A DNA stretch of 59,320 bases, filler included, from Sphacelaria rigidula (lineage: Eukaryota), in NCBI GenBank assembly GCA_964200075.2. It is 9 parts of 9 records of this genome, joined end to end, with 100 filler letters (N's around TTAATTAATTAA, not from the genome) between each part and the next. Parts side by side here need not be neighbours in the genome. Positions count along the whole stretch, not along the records: positions 33,013 to 39,514 come from CAXNAA020019700.1; positions 39,615 to 46,116 come from CAXNAA020019701.1; positions 46,217 to 52,718 come from CAXNAA020019702.1; 6 more parts are not named here. One strand, 5' to 3'. Below are positions 38,395-50,710 of this stretch, in pieces (the stretch's first letter is position 1; every line of letters begins with the position of its first letter). A program made the position numbers and the translations under genes. The notes below the pieces were generated by a model, which worked only from the letters and a program-made list of their open reading frames with translations, did no database searches and was not told the DNA's origin.

Positions 38395-38760
38395 ATGATC
38401 TATAACTCACCTGGCCAGAATGCGCATAACTGAGTTATCGATTACAACTCACCCAGCCAGAATGTGCATAACTGAGGTATAGTTTATAACTCACCCGCCC
38501 GGAATGAGCATAACTGAGCTATAGTTTATAACTCACCCGCCCGGAATGTGCCCAACTGAGTAATAGATCACTCACCCGCCTGAAATGCGCATAACTGAGT
38601 TATAGATTGTAACTCACCTGCCCGAGATATGCATAACTGATTATAGTTTATAACTCACTCGGCCAGAATGTGCATAACTGAGTTATAGATCATAACTCAC
38701 TCGGCTAGAATGTGCATCATGGCGTTGTAGTTTATACCTCACCTGACCAAGATATGCATG
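38395..38760. repeat. ~39-bp minisatellite
   Basis: About 9 copies of TAACTCACC.G.C.GAATGTGCATAACTGAGTTATAG; resumes after 39066. Confidence 0.85.
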
Positions 38761-38761
38761 A

Positions 38762-39066
38762 AACAGTGTTTCCGTGAAATTGAGAGTAGAGGATACGATT
38801 GAGAGTGAAAAGCGGTCAATTAGTGAATGAATCGTTTACAGCAAGTTCCGAAATGCCCCATCACGAGGCCCATCATGCTTTCTGTAGTAGCTTGCCACTG
38901 AGGCTCTTGACATCCCTGAGAAGGATATCGATGTATAGCTGTGAGCTCACGCAAGGGATGGAGGCAAAAAAAAGCACACACGGAATGGAAAATTGGCTAA
39001 GTTGAAGCGAGTGATCGAAGCCACTCTCAATCAGCGCTCTACTCTCAATCTCACGAAAACGTTGTT
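38762..39066. mobile_element. ~0.3-kb MITE (second copy ~50012-50293)
   Basis: TIRs AACAGTGTTTCCGTGAAATTGAGAGTAG / CTACTCTCAATCTCACGAAAACGTTGTT; same body in both copies. Confidence 0.75.
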
Positions 39067-40391
39067 ATAACTGAGTGATGCTGCTATAACACAGATGAGT
39101 TATTGGAAAATGAGTCATGAAGAACAAACTCACCCGACCGGAAACACGCGGGAAACAGCAATCAACACAACTCACTCATGTAAGAGGAAACGCGTGATCA
39201 CGTGACACGTCTGCTGGTACACATCGCGTGAAGGGCCTCGTGGTATATACGCATATATCAACACCGCCGCAGGTGTAATATGAAAACATGTACAACAACA
39301 AAAAATGCCCGTTTATTACGGTTTGACGGTTCTGGAGGGCCGGGCGGGGGAATGGGGTGTACTCATGACCATGCATGCCACAGTCATCACACCATTGATC
39401 TCGCATCCCTACAAAGTCGGGACGGAGCACGCCGGGATTTCGCTGGACCAGGCTTGAACTCAAACCACCAAGCGCGAAGCGCCGTGGTGTGTTCGGCGAG
39501 ACGCATGAAGGGTGNNNNNNNNNNNNNNNNNNNNNNNNNNNNNNNNNNNNNNNNNNNNTTAATTAATTAANNNNNNNNNNNNNNNNNNNNNNNNNNNNNN
39601 NNNNNNNNNNNNNNTGGGCGTCTCACCATCTAAACATTATGTGGTACGATCATCCCCATTGTGCGGAGTTGAGGTTCTCCCACGCCGCACAACATGATCT
39701 AGATCGACTACCATCCTGGTTACCGCAAAAAAACGCCAATGCGCGTAAAAATCGGCAACCTGGTCGCCTAGCTTACGCAGAGAGTGGCGTGTTTTACAGC
39801 GTCATCGCCAACCGACGCCAACCCCATCGGGGGTTGAGGGGGAGACGGACAACGAATGTTTGGATCACATGATCGGTTTTTACGAAAATACGTGCAGTAG
39901 AAGAAAGAAAGACAGCATAAACGAGTGTTTTCACTCGTGAGGTCGCTGTTTCTGCAGCCGCCAACTGTTTAGGTGAAAATTGTGTGAAGCTATAATAGGT
40001 GCACAAAGCACATCACGCGCAAATTGAAAGCCTCTGGGCACTTTTCCTGTCAAGACCGTGGAAATGTTTGCATACCAATACACGGGGCACACGTTTCTGC
40101 ACGACGCACCAACCACATATAAACCACCGATCCCGGGCTGTGGAATGGCTTGTGACAACTGTGGGTGCGCGGCACGGCGAGCGGGAAACATCGCTAGCTG
40201 CCTTGTCTGCCGTTGCCTGAAGCTGTATTCCGGACCTGGCTGCTACAGCATCCTTCGATACCGTGCGAGTGAGACCGTTTCGACTTGGACACGTAATTTG
40301 CACATTACACCAAAACACGGGTTGCTGGAAATAGCTCTTACAAAGGTGGGAGGCATTAGAACAACAAGCAACGAATATCTGTGCATCTGAC

Positions 40392-41395
40392 CTGCAAAGC
40401 CCTCCTCGGTGCCTTGACATCTCCGGGTTTCTGAGGATTTTCCCCGCCATCTCCTCGCAGCGGATTGCTACGACTTCCCCGAGATCTGCTTGGAGATGAT
40501 GACAGCCTCGTGCTCCCAGAAGAAAGCGAGCGCATCAAGCGGTAGCGCCTATTGCTATCCCTTTCTCTGGCGGTGATTCGTGGCGGAGCAAGCAGCGTTG
40601 ATGCAGCCTTTCTCTCTCCCTCGTTCCGCTCTCGTTCATCATCTCGAGCTTCGCTTGACTTTTCTCCAAATCCCTGTTTCGCTCCTCCGAATCCCTGTTT
40701 CTCTGCTCCAATTCCCCTTCTGTCTTCTTCAGTTTCTGCTGGCGTTGCTGTTGACGGAGATGACGCGGAGTGATTTTGGTAACTTCCCGCTGTCGCTGTC
40801 GCTGCTGTTGTGGCTTCTGTCGAAACTTCTGCTTCGCTGGTTTTTTGTCTTTGTCCAACAGGCGTAGTGGCATTGGTATCGGTGGCCACAATGGTATTGT
40901 CATTCTCCGCCAGTGGAGGTTCGCCGCCATGATGTTTTCCACTGCGGACGGCGATGACCGTGGTGCTCGCGTCGTCGTTGGTGCTAGCGATACTCTCCGT
41001 CTCTTCTGGAGCAGGACCGTGGGTGTCATGATCACCTGGAGTATGGCCGGGATGATGCAAACTTGCCTTCTCTTTCCCCTCGTCTGCGTCTCGGTTCTTC
41101 TCCTGTTTCACCTTCTCGCTGCTTCGCGATGACCCGTGGTCACGTTTCAGCGACCTCTTTTTCCTCTGGGGTACGGGAGCATCATCGCGGCCATCATCAC
41201 CATCCCCGTAAAACTTACTGCCATGGTGTCTGTCTTTAGTTTTAGCGATCTTCCCGTCGCCCTTGGATGCACGGCTTCTACTACTGCTTCTGCTGCTGCT
41301 GCTTCTGCTGCTACCATCCCCGATGATGTTGTCGCTGCTCCGTCTGATGCTGGCGCTGCCGGGTTTGATGCTGCCGATGCTGCGTTTGTGGAACT
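40392..41395 (-). CDS. Internal exon C of a low-complexity Ser/Arg/charged hypothetical protein
   Basis: TCAG|AG acceptor (phase 1), ~1-kb open frame, CAG|GTCAGA donor. Confidence 0.65.
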
Positions 41396-42450
41396 CTGAC
41401 GTGTCTTTCCGAACAATCGTCCGGTCCACACATGCGTAGAGCGTAGCAACCAGAACGCCACAATATAGTATTATTGCTAGTATGGATCAGAAGCAGGATC
41501 ACCATGTTTCATGGATTCAAAAGCACGCGTTGATCCACATCATAGATAATGCTATTTCAAGCATCAATATTTTTGCGACATGAAAATTGTTTTCAGAAAA
41601 CGCGTATCATCACCCCATCACCCCATCACCCCGTGTAGGAGGCAGGACAAAGAAAATGCGCGAAAAAAAACGAAAACAATTAAACCGACTAATGATGATG
41701 GGTCATGAGGAATTCCACATGAACATCAACATTTTGCTAACCTGCTCCATGGCATTCACTCCTAGCCGTCATGAGGTGTCTTCCTCAGAATGCGTGGTAA
41801 ATTTCAGTGGGCAACACCTTACTTGGAAAACGACTTAGCCAGGCATCGGTGTGAGACATTGCTGTTCAACTGTTCGCACTCTCAAAGAGATTACCCTTCG
41901 CCCATCAGGTTGCGCCATCTGGGTCTTACCTACACCTTCCATGTGAATTGATTAAGTAAATTTCCCACTCTTCTGGCCGAATGGCTAGGCTAACACACGC
42001 GATCTGGTATCATGTGTGCGATGGAAGCATGAGTCCCTCGGAACGAAACCCAAAAGTGAAGTATATGAGATCAACACATCGTGAAGCTGTACATTCGCGG
42101 AATTCATAAAATATGGAAAAACGAGCAAGAATCTTGTGCTGCACGGTGGTGTGCTGTACCGTACATCGTATCGTCATCACCCATTTAGATTGGAGGCGTA
42201 CTCTCACCCTGCAGTCCAATATAAAATTAAAAAATGAGCAAGAACCATAAAACCTAGTACCCGGCACCTTCTACAAAACCTTCTGGCACATATTTCACAA
42301 CATTAACGGCGACGACGACAGCATCAGTAACAGCAATATCATCAGTAACAATTAATGAAATCTTCACAAGAACACGAGGATGGGTCGGATCTCAAGACGA
42401 GCTACCAACCATAGAACACCAAGCAAATTTTCATTTGAGATACCACTCAC

Positions 42451-42926
42451 GGCGCTGGCCCTTGGAAAAAACAGAACCACCACCAGTACGACCCTCATCA
42501 CCATCCCCATCCCGGTCACTATCATAAGTCGACGTCGCACCTCGCTTTCGCGGCGGCTGCTGCTGCTTCATTGTGATATCCTTCGGCAACCGCTGCCGTC
42601 GCGACGACGAAACAGGCCGCTCACAAGATCGCTTTTGAGATGAGGAGGGGCTGGCCGTGAACGTCGTTGACTTGGACTCTGACAGCGGCGTACGCACTAC
42701 CGGGGGAGTCGGAGACGGGGAGAACGACTTGGTTCGGGAGGATATACGTATGCTAGACGGCCTTCGACTGCTTGTGGTGCTGCTGCTGCCGTCTGTGTGC
42801 TCCCGGGGCAAGAGCGGCCGGTCAGGCGGGTCGTGATCGTGGTCATGGTACTTGTCATCCCCTGCGATCGTGGGTGCGCTCGCCAAGAGCGCCACATCTC
42901 CCGAGCCTTCTTCTGTTTTGACATGC
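42451..42926 (-). CDS. Internal exon B of the same hypothetical protein
   Basis: TCTCAG|G acceptor (phase 2), open frame HVKTEEGSGDVALL..., C|GTGAGT donor (phase 1). Confidence 0.65.
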
Positions 42927-43361
42927 CTGAGAGTTGTTGCAGCGAAAACAATCCAAAATGTATGTACGGGGATGATGCGCGTGGGATCAATAAAACGCTA
43001 GCCTCTGAAAGGGAACCTAATGGCATCTATAAATGTTACATTCATCTATCTCGTTACCACAGATGGAGTTATAAATAATCGGTTGACGTGCGAGATTTAG
43101 TCACACGCTCGATCAAAGGGTCAATCGAACATCAACATCCATATAATATCGTGCGAATGACGCATACAAAGTTGGTGTAGGTCACGCGCTCGCTTCGATT
43201 CCACGTTTGCACTCGGATATATACCAAGATCGTTGTGTCATCTTCGAGTGTGTAGACACGAGCAAGTAAAACCAGAAGACCATTTTCCAGGCGCGAATGA
43301 TCGATGTTGTGTCGAAATGAAAAGGAAAAAGTGGAGGGGAATATACAAAATCAGGCATACC

Positions 43362-43397
<36 letters not shown>

Positions 43398-44433
43398 ATT
43401 TTACAAAAGGGTAGCAGCGCTGCACGCAACTGAGCCACCGGGAGGTATTGAGATCATACTCAACAATTCCACATATTGGGTAGAGTAATGCGATCGTACT
43501 TAAGTTGGCCATATGTCTGGGTAGAGCTTGGGAGAGTAAGTACCCGGGTACGTACCCTACCCCCAACAAATCCTCGCACTTTTTCTTATGAGACAAAAAT
43601 GAGTCTACAACATTGGTCGCAGCTTCCATCTTGAAATCTGTTTTGACGCAGTACAGTATTTTTCTATTTACAGGCAGATGCCAAGGACAAGGACGATGCC
43701 ACCAAGTGATAACAAACCCCCTTTCCCCGTGCCTTGCGACAACATCACGCTTTCTCGCAATCAGTCGGTATCTTTGTGACAGCCTCGCCAGCGGCCAAGC
43801 GCTCTCTGAGAAGCTACAAGGGAGTTCAACAGAGGTGCGTATGGCTCCGCATTGCTCGAGTTGCACGATTGCGCTGTTCCTGCATCCGGATACTCCTGGC
43901 TGTTGCTGACGGGCTGCTGTGTGGCTGTGCTGCTGTGCGGCCATGCGATGACTGCTGTCGATCCCGATCGCTGGTCGTCAAAGCATGGATCAACCACTTC
44001 GGAACAAGTCGATGATGGCACATGCCGGCTGGGGCATACCGACGCTTACTACTGCATCTTCAGCGCGAACCGTTTGAATTTTTCATGCCCCTGATCAACG
44101 GGAATAAAGCAAGCCAATCACTCAGGACTACTCCACTCTAGCAAGTAAAAAAACAGGAACCAAAATGTCACCAGTCGAATTTGTTGTTCTAGGTGAGCGC
44201 TGATGTGCCTGAATTTATTTTCGTTTTTTTTATGTGCTTGCGCCTCCCCCCCCCCCACCCCTCTCCTCGGGCCGAGTCCGTTTTCTCAAGGGATCACCCC
44301 GTGCCTCCTGTCCTGCAGAGCTTCTGGGGCACGGTATTACCAAGCACTGGATCGGCGCTCCCGCACTTCATCGACTTTTGTCAAAACATTTCGACATAAA
44401 TGTTTCGAATCCAAGACATGTAGAGGGACTTAC

Positions 44434-45051
44434 CTATAGTGCTCGCGGGAAGAGACGGATTCCTTCACTGTTCGCCGCGGTCCGGAGCTTGACTGACTCT
44501 GGCTGTCTGAAGCGTCGTTGTTCTGATTGCTGCTGGAGAGGTCATCCGACTCTTCCGTCAAAGGGCGTCGCGACGAGGATGGTGACGATAACGCGTCGGT
44601 CATGGTGGTGCTATGGAAGCCGGCCCTTCGCCGGCTATGCCCTCTGTTCAGCTGCTCGGGGATCATCTTGTTGGGAGACGATGAAATACATGATTCTGGT
44701 TTTGTTGTTGAGGTCGTACTGCGCACATTGTCAGTGAGGGCGACGTTACCTTCCTCGCGAGGTAAGCCACACTCTCGAGATCCGTCCAAAGATCGCCCGC
44801 CTCTGCCGCTGTTGTTTTTGTCATCAGAAGCGGGAGTAATATCATCATCACCGTCATTATCATCTGTGGCCAGTGGATCTTCTCCCCTTGCGGTAGACAA
44901 CGCCCCAACAGAGTGGGCGCTCGACAGCGGTCTCGGCTGGATCATTAGGCATGTGAACAATGACAAAAGGAGCAGTGAAACAAGTTCGAATGTAGGCGGA
45001 TCAGGGAAGCGTGTTGTCGTCCGTGGTGAAGACAAGACACCATCGTGAACA
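44434..45051 (-). CDS. Internal exon A of the same hypothetical protein
   Basis: GCTAG|T acceptor candidate, 618-nt open frame, AG|GTAAGT donor (phase 2) compatible with exon B. Confidence 0.6.
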
Positions 45052-46507
45052 CTAGCAAATTGGTTTAGAAGGTATGAGGGCACATGACACAGAAGACACG
45101 TAAACAACGATCTTAGTCCATGACGAAAAACAGACGCATCGCTCTGCAATCGAACACTAGAACCATTCACCGAAGGACCTACCGGTACGATGGCGAATTG
45201 ACTTCAAATCATAGCAGCGCCCTGGAGTGAGTGGCGTCGGACATACTAACCGACGGACACATGGATCACAGTTTGCGACTATGGCTTGGTCGATTGGTGG
45301 ATTGGCTGTCGCCAACAACTGATTCGCTACACTGTAAAAACCCAGCCGCGTTCACAAGATAAATAGACGTGACCAAGAATGACACGGCGGAGACAGATAA
45401 ATCGACTAATGAAGCACAGCACGAAACAGACTAACACGGACGCCGGGTGAAGAACTGAATAGTAACCATCTCGAAATACGGCGGTGTACCATCAGGGAAT
45501 GTTGAACCATTCTAGTTCGTAAATGTGTAGATGAACGACTGCGTGTGCCCGCACAAAGTTTAGTCTGCTGATATAACCACATGCAGTTTACGTACAGTCG
45601 AGTGCATACCATAGGAAAGATTTCGAACTGGATACGGGTGAGGACCAACACCTACAGCTACGGTGTAGGGGAGATGAAGTCTCAACATCAAAGATTCGAC
45701 GTTACTCTGCATGTTACCATAGAGCCTTGCTCCAGTGCCATCGGGCGTGTACCCGAGTGGTTTGCATCATCATCAGAAGGCGATGTTTTTTCGAGTACAC
45801 TTGCCTGCTACACTTTCCGTTTACATTAAACGTGTATGCTCTCCGTATTACAAAAAAATACTGCGATGCGCACCACTCACTACGCTAGGCCACAGGAAAA
45901 GCTCACAACTCTCCAGGAAACAACGAATATTCGAGATCTTCAAATGATCGGCTAAGGTAATGAGACATCGTGGGTGCTAAACAACTGCGGAACCCCATCG
46001 TATGTGTGTGTGTGTGGGGGGGGGGGGGGGGGGGACTTGCTCAAAAACTGTGGGGCCCAAATAGTTAAGCCCCCCCCGGGGTTCCGGGCCTTTTTTGGGG
46101 TTTTTTTTTTAGTTTTNNNNNNNNNNNNNNNNNNNNNNNNNNNNNNNNNNNNNNNNNNNNTTAATTAATTAANNNNNNNNNNNNNNNNNNNNNNNNNNNN
46201 NNNNNNNNNNNNNNNNCGTACTCTGGGAGTGTACGTCAATGCACGTACGTCACCTCAAAAAAATCGAGGGAGTCACGATGTCGGAACGAAAAATCGGGGA
46301 AAACCGTTCCGACATCGTGACCCCCCGAATTTTTTGGCCCCGACTTGGTCCAAATCCATGTCCATAAAATGCGTTCTCCGATTTTTTTGTGCCCCCGATT
46401 GTGAAAAAATCAAGATTCGTGCTTTTGCCATAAAAGTGTGTCTTACCCCTTCGGGTTCCTTCCGCGGCCACTACAGCACAGCATATGTTTCCCTGCACTT
46501 ACCCTAA

Positions 46508-46748
46508 CCCTTTTGGAACCGTTGATGGACAAGTGACGATTTACAGTTGACGTTTTGTGAGCTTTCGTCACCGGGAAAACGTCACTTAGAGCTCGGTGCA
46601 CGAAGCTGCCACATGAATATACTTGAACTGAGAGTGGTGCACCATTTTGGTGGGCTGTACGATCAACACTTGCTTAAAAACAGCCATATCTTGCCCAAGA
46701 AATCGTCAAATGTAGATCGTCACTTTTCCATCAACGGTTCCAAAAGGG
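46508..46748. mobile_element. piggyBac-like MITE
   Basis: CTAA|CCCTTTTGGAACCGTTGATGGA ... TCCATCAACGGTTCCAAAAGGG|TTAA. Confidence 0.85.
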
Positions 46749-46901
46749 TTAAATAAATGGGCACAAAAGCACAAAAACAACAGCAAGCACACACGAGCAA
46801 CAGACCAAGCGAGCAAGCGAACGAGGTATCCATCCTGTGGTTAAAAATAAGCAAAAAAAAAAAAAACGTCATCTTCGAGATCATAATTTGCATCGTCTCA
46901 C

Positions 46902-47042
46902 CTCGTCGATACCGAACTGCTGCCTGAGCTTCTTGAAGACCTTCGGCGCGTAGTCTCGGAACTTGAACGTCTTGTTCAGCTTGTGTGATGGCGTTGGAAG
47001 GCGTCCGTTCGCTCCAGCGGGAGGAAACGTGTACTTGTCCAC
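46902..47042 (-). CDS. Phosphatidylinositol phosphate kinase (PIP5K family), internal exon
   Basis: CAG|GTG...GAG|GTGAGA, 141 nt: ...TPSHKLNKTFKFRDYAPKVFKKLRQQFGIDE, the PIPK N-lobe FKxxDYxPxVFxxLRxxF signature. Confidence 0.9.
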
Positions 47043-47189
47043 CTGTTTGGAAGACAGACACGAGAAGCAGAAGTACACAGCCAACCGACAAAAACATGCC
47101 GCAACATAAACAAGGGGCGCGAGGTTTTCTGTTTCGAAAAATATCGTGACAGTCCCGCGGGCATTTGGAGTACAGTATGTGAATTGTTT

Positions 47190-47830
47190 GCGTGGATGAC
47201 CGTTCCTTCTATGCCCCTCGAGCGTTAAATCAGACAGAAATACGAGCCTTATCTCTGGGAGTAGGGTCACCGAGTGTGTTGATGAACTTTGTTTGGCCCT
47301 CGAGCGCTTTATCAGGCAGAAATACAAACCTCATCTTGCGGAGTATGGCTTTTGTACGCGTTAATGAACCCTGTATGGTCCCCGAGCGCTACATCAGGCA
47401 GAAATACCAACCTTATATTCGGAGTATGTTTTTTGTATGCGTTGATGGCCGTTGTTTGGCCCTCGTGCGCTCAACCAGGCAGAAATACGAAGCTTATATT
47501 TTGGAGTATGGGTGTTGTATGGGATGACGTACCTTGTATTGCCCTCGTACGCTATTTCAGACAGATGTACAAATATTATCTTGTGGAGTATGGCTATTGT
47601 ATGCGTTAATGGACCTTGTATGGCCCCTGTGGGCTATATCAGACAGAAATACGAGCCTTATCTTTAGAAGTAGGGTCATTGAATGTGTTGATGAATCTTG
47701 TTCGGCCCTCGAGAGCTAAATCAGACAGAAATACAAACCTTCTCTTTTAAGGGATGGCTTTTGTATGCGTTGACGGCCCTTTTATGCCCCCTTCTGGACA
47801 AAATTTAACAGAAATACGAACCTCATATTT
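47190..47830. repeat. Degenerate ~59-bp tandem repeat (intronic)
   Basis: About 8-10 units containing CAG(A/G)CAGAAATAC and GTATGCGTT(G/A)ATG. Confidence 0.8.
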
Positions 47831-48625
47831 ATAAGAACGGCAAGTGCAGCAACCAAGTGTCTCAAGCCCCTCTTTGACCACACACGGATGAGAGTGTTGG
47901 AGGGCGTCAACTGTCTGCGACCTGTCAAGACTCTCACAGATGTGCGCCCGTGTAGGCCACGGCTTGCAAAACCTCCATACATGCCATACAGCATGAGATG
48001 CGGTGGTAGCATGATCACCCCCCACGGCGAGGCCACCCACCAGAGTACGCTTGTACTTGCCACGACACAGATATATATATCACGCCTTGGACAATATATG
48101 GTCAATAGTTGTAATAGGCCTATACTTTATGCAGTACACTTCTCGTCTATTGGATCTATTGACCATATATTGTCCAAGGTGTGATACATATACATGTGTG
48201 AGTAGCATCGACCCGGTGGGCCCCGACCGTCCTGTTTTCACGTAAGCGTTGTGCTATGTAGGATACTATACGGCTATGCTCGGGTATGAACATTCTCAGA
48301 GAACTTCAACTGTGTATTGGGGTAGGGTAAAGACCCGGGTATTTCCTCTCCAGATTATCGTGTTGTAATGGTCCGATCTCCAAACTCTCACGATGACATT
48401 AGGTCAACTCAGGTCCAGTGGAGGTCCCACCGTAGTGCGGTCAAAGATCACTTTGGCTCCCACAAGTCCGATCCCCCAGCGAAGATCAGGTAAATTGCAC
48501 CATACTAGTACAGTACAGGGTCCCCGCATAATGTCGTAGTACTGGGCTGCCGGACCCACCGCCCTCTGCTGTACAACCCCCGCTGTATTTATCCATCATG
48601 CTTTAGACCAGGGGGAGAAAAATAC

Positions 48626-48845
48626 CCGGGCCCTACACGTCACACGTTACATGTTCACGTTTCACGCTTCATGTCAAAAGTTAAGCCAGGCTAGTACTGC
48701 GGTGGGGGACGGGGACCACGTGGGGAGCTCGGTTCAAAAGTCAAGTCAAATCAGGGATCCGCACGTTATCCCCCACCGTGTTACTAGCCTAGCTTAACTT
48801 TTGACGTGAAACGTGAATATTGAACGAGTCGCATGTAGGGCCCTG
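48626..48845. mobile_element. hAT-like palindromic MITE
   Basis: CCGGGCCCTACA ... TGTAGGGCCCTG; 8-bp flanks AAAAATAC / AAAAATAG; internal inverted arms. Confidence 0.75.
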
Positions 48846-50394
48846 AAAAATAGGGTCGGCAGGCACGCCGCCGATAGGATACTCGAGTGATGATCGACGA
48901 CTTGCCGCCAATCTTGATCGTCAGGACTGCCGATGATTTGGGGGATTCTAAGCGGCGGTGATACGGCGCCAGAAGGACGTTCTGACGGCTGACATTATGA
49001 AAATCTGGGCACCATCTCACAGCGGGCGACAACGGCCGCCGAAAAGGCTTCGGGCGGGATATACGCCGCGCAACGCCGATCCACCCGGAGGTCTATTTTT
49101 TTCCCCCCATGATCCAGACGTATATCCCGCTCTGGCCCCGTCTGCATCAAGGCATTGAACCCCCCCTCCCCTCCCCTTCCCTTCTCGCCCACTGGCCTTC
49201 GGACCAAGCGATGAGCACGAGTACATGCACGTTCCCGGCAGTATAGGAGTACAAGAACACACAATTGGAACACTACTACCGCATGCGCTAACACGAGAGT
49301 GCCCGCGCCCGCGACCGCGCCCGTGCCCGTCCATCCCATCACAGGAGAAGGGGTAGGCACGAGTATCGTGAAACAAGTAACAGGATCCAAACGACGACCC
49401 CATGGGAAGAGAGAGTCGGTTTGATCAAGACACCGCTATGGCTGTATCCCCCCCGCCCCCGCTTCCCTCCTTCCCTCCTCACATCAAGAGTATAGGTAAC
49501 CTATAGTTGCGGGGAAGAGCCCTACATCATAATTTTCAGTTGAGGTAAAAAGTCTCTCAGGCGCAGGCTGCCGTTCAAGTCAGTCACGTTGCAGGTCTCA
49601 TGAAATATGTCATCACTGTGTAATGTACTACAAGTGAAAAAACATGCCTTTCCATAGCTGCTGTCTCATACCGATTCCTTCCTCCCCCCTCCCCCCGCAC
49701 AACCTCGTTATGAGCGCCGGAATGTGGAAGGTACCTCTGTCAGGAGTACGAACGGTGCTCCGTTTCGAAAGGGATGCGTGGTCAATGGTCAAATCACCAA
49801 AACGGCAAGCAACAAATGAGTAGGGCAACCTAGGTGAGAAACAAGTGAGTACCCCCCGCCCCCCTTCCTCCCCCACCCGGACCCCCGATGGGGTTGGTGT
49901 CAGTTGGCAATGACGCTGTGAAACACGCCCCTCACTGCGTGAAGCTAGGCCACCAGGTGACGATTTTTTTGTTTTTTGCGCGCTTGCGTTTTTTTTGCGG
50001 TAACCATGATGAACATTGTTTTCGTGAGATTGAGAGTGTAAAACGGCCAATTAGTGAGTTAATCGTTTCAGTTCCAAAAGGCTCCCTTCACGAGGCCCGA
50101 TATGCTTTCTGTAGCAGCTCGCCACTGAGGCCCTTGATATCCCTGAGTATGATATCGACGTGTAGCTGTAAGCACACGCTAGTGATACAGGCAAAGAAGA
50201 GAACACACGGAATAAAAAAATTGCTAGGTGAAAGCGAATTACCAAAGCCACTCTCAAGCAGCGCTCTACCCTCAATCTCACGAAAACGTTGTTGAAAGTG
50301 GTCGAGCTAGATCATACGGTGCGAGGTGGGAAAACCTCAATCCCGCGCCAAGGGGATATTCATACTACACGTAGTGTTCAAATGGTGTGACACT

Positions 50395-50710
50395 CATGAG
50401 GCAGTGCGTAAGCCATGGCTGTCTGTGGAAGCGGCGATACCAGAAAATAAAGCAACTCATCGTAGGCTGCCATCCAAATGCAAGATGATCAGTACGCTTC
50501 GGGCCGAACAATGCAACGGCAGGATGCAGCTCACCCTTCATGCGACTCGCCCGACACGTCACGGCGCTTCGCGCTTGGTGATTTGAATGCGAGCCTGGTC
50601 CGGTGACAACCCGGCATGCTCCGTCCCGGCTTTGTAGGGATGCGAGGCCAACGGTCATATGACTATGGCATGCAAGATCATGGGTACACCCCCCTCCTCC
50701 CCCCCCCTCC
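50395..50710 (+). repeat. High-copy repeat that also forms several contig ends
   Basis: Matches 6415-6503 and the reverse complements of ~19635-19708 and ~39350-39514; related units at 6140-6390, 49740-49860 and 52570-52650. Confidence 0.75.

Noticed and set aside
38395..38760. CRISPR-like regular repeats (also 47190-47830, 14480-16950, 4730-6020)
   Set aside because: Units are degenerate and head-to-tail with no unique spacers; no cas genes; eukaryotic context.
18204..47042. Functional cluster of U2A', SDR and PIP5K
   Set aside because: The genes lie on different, arbitrarily joined contigs.
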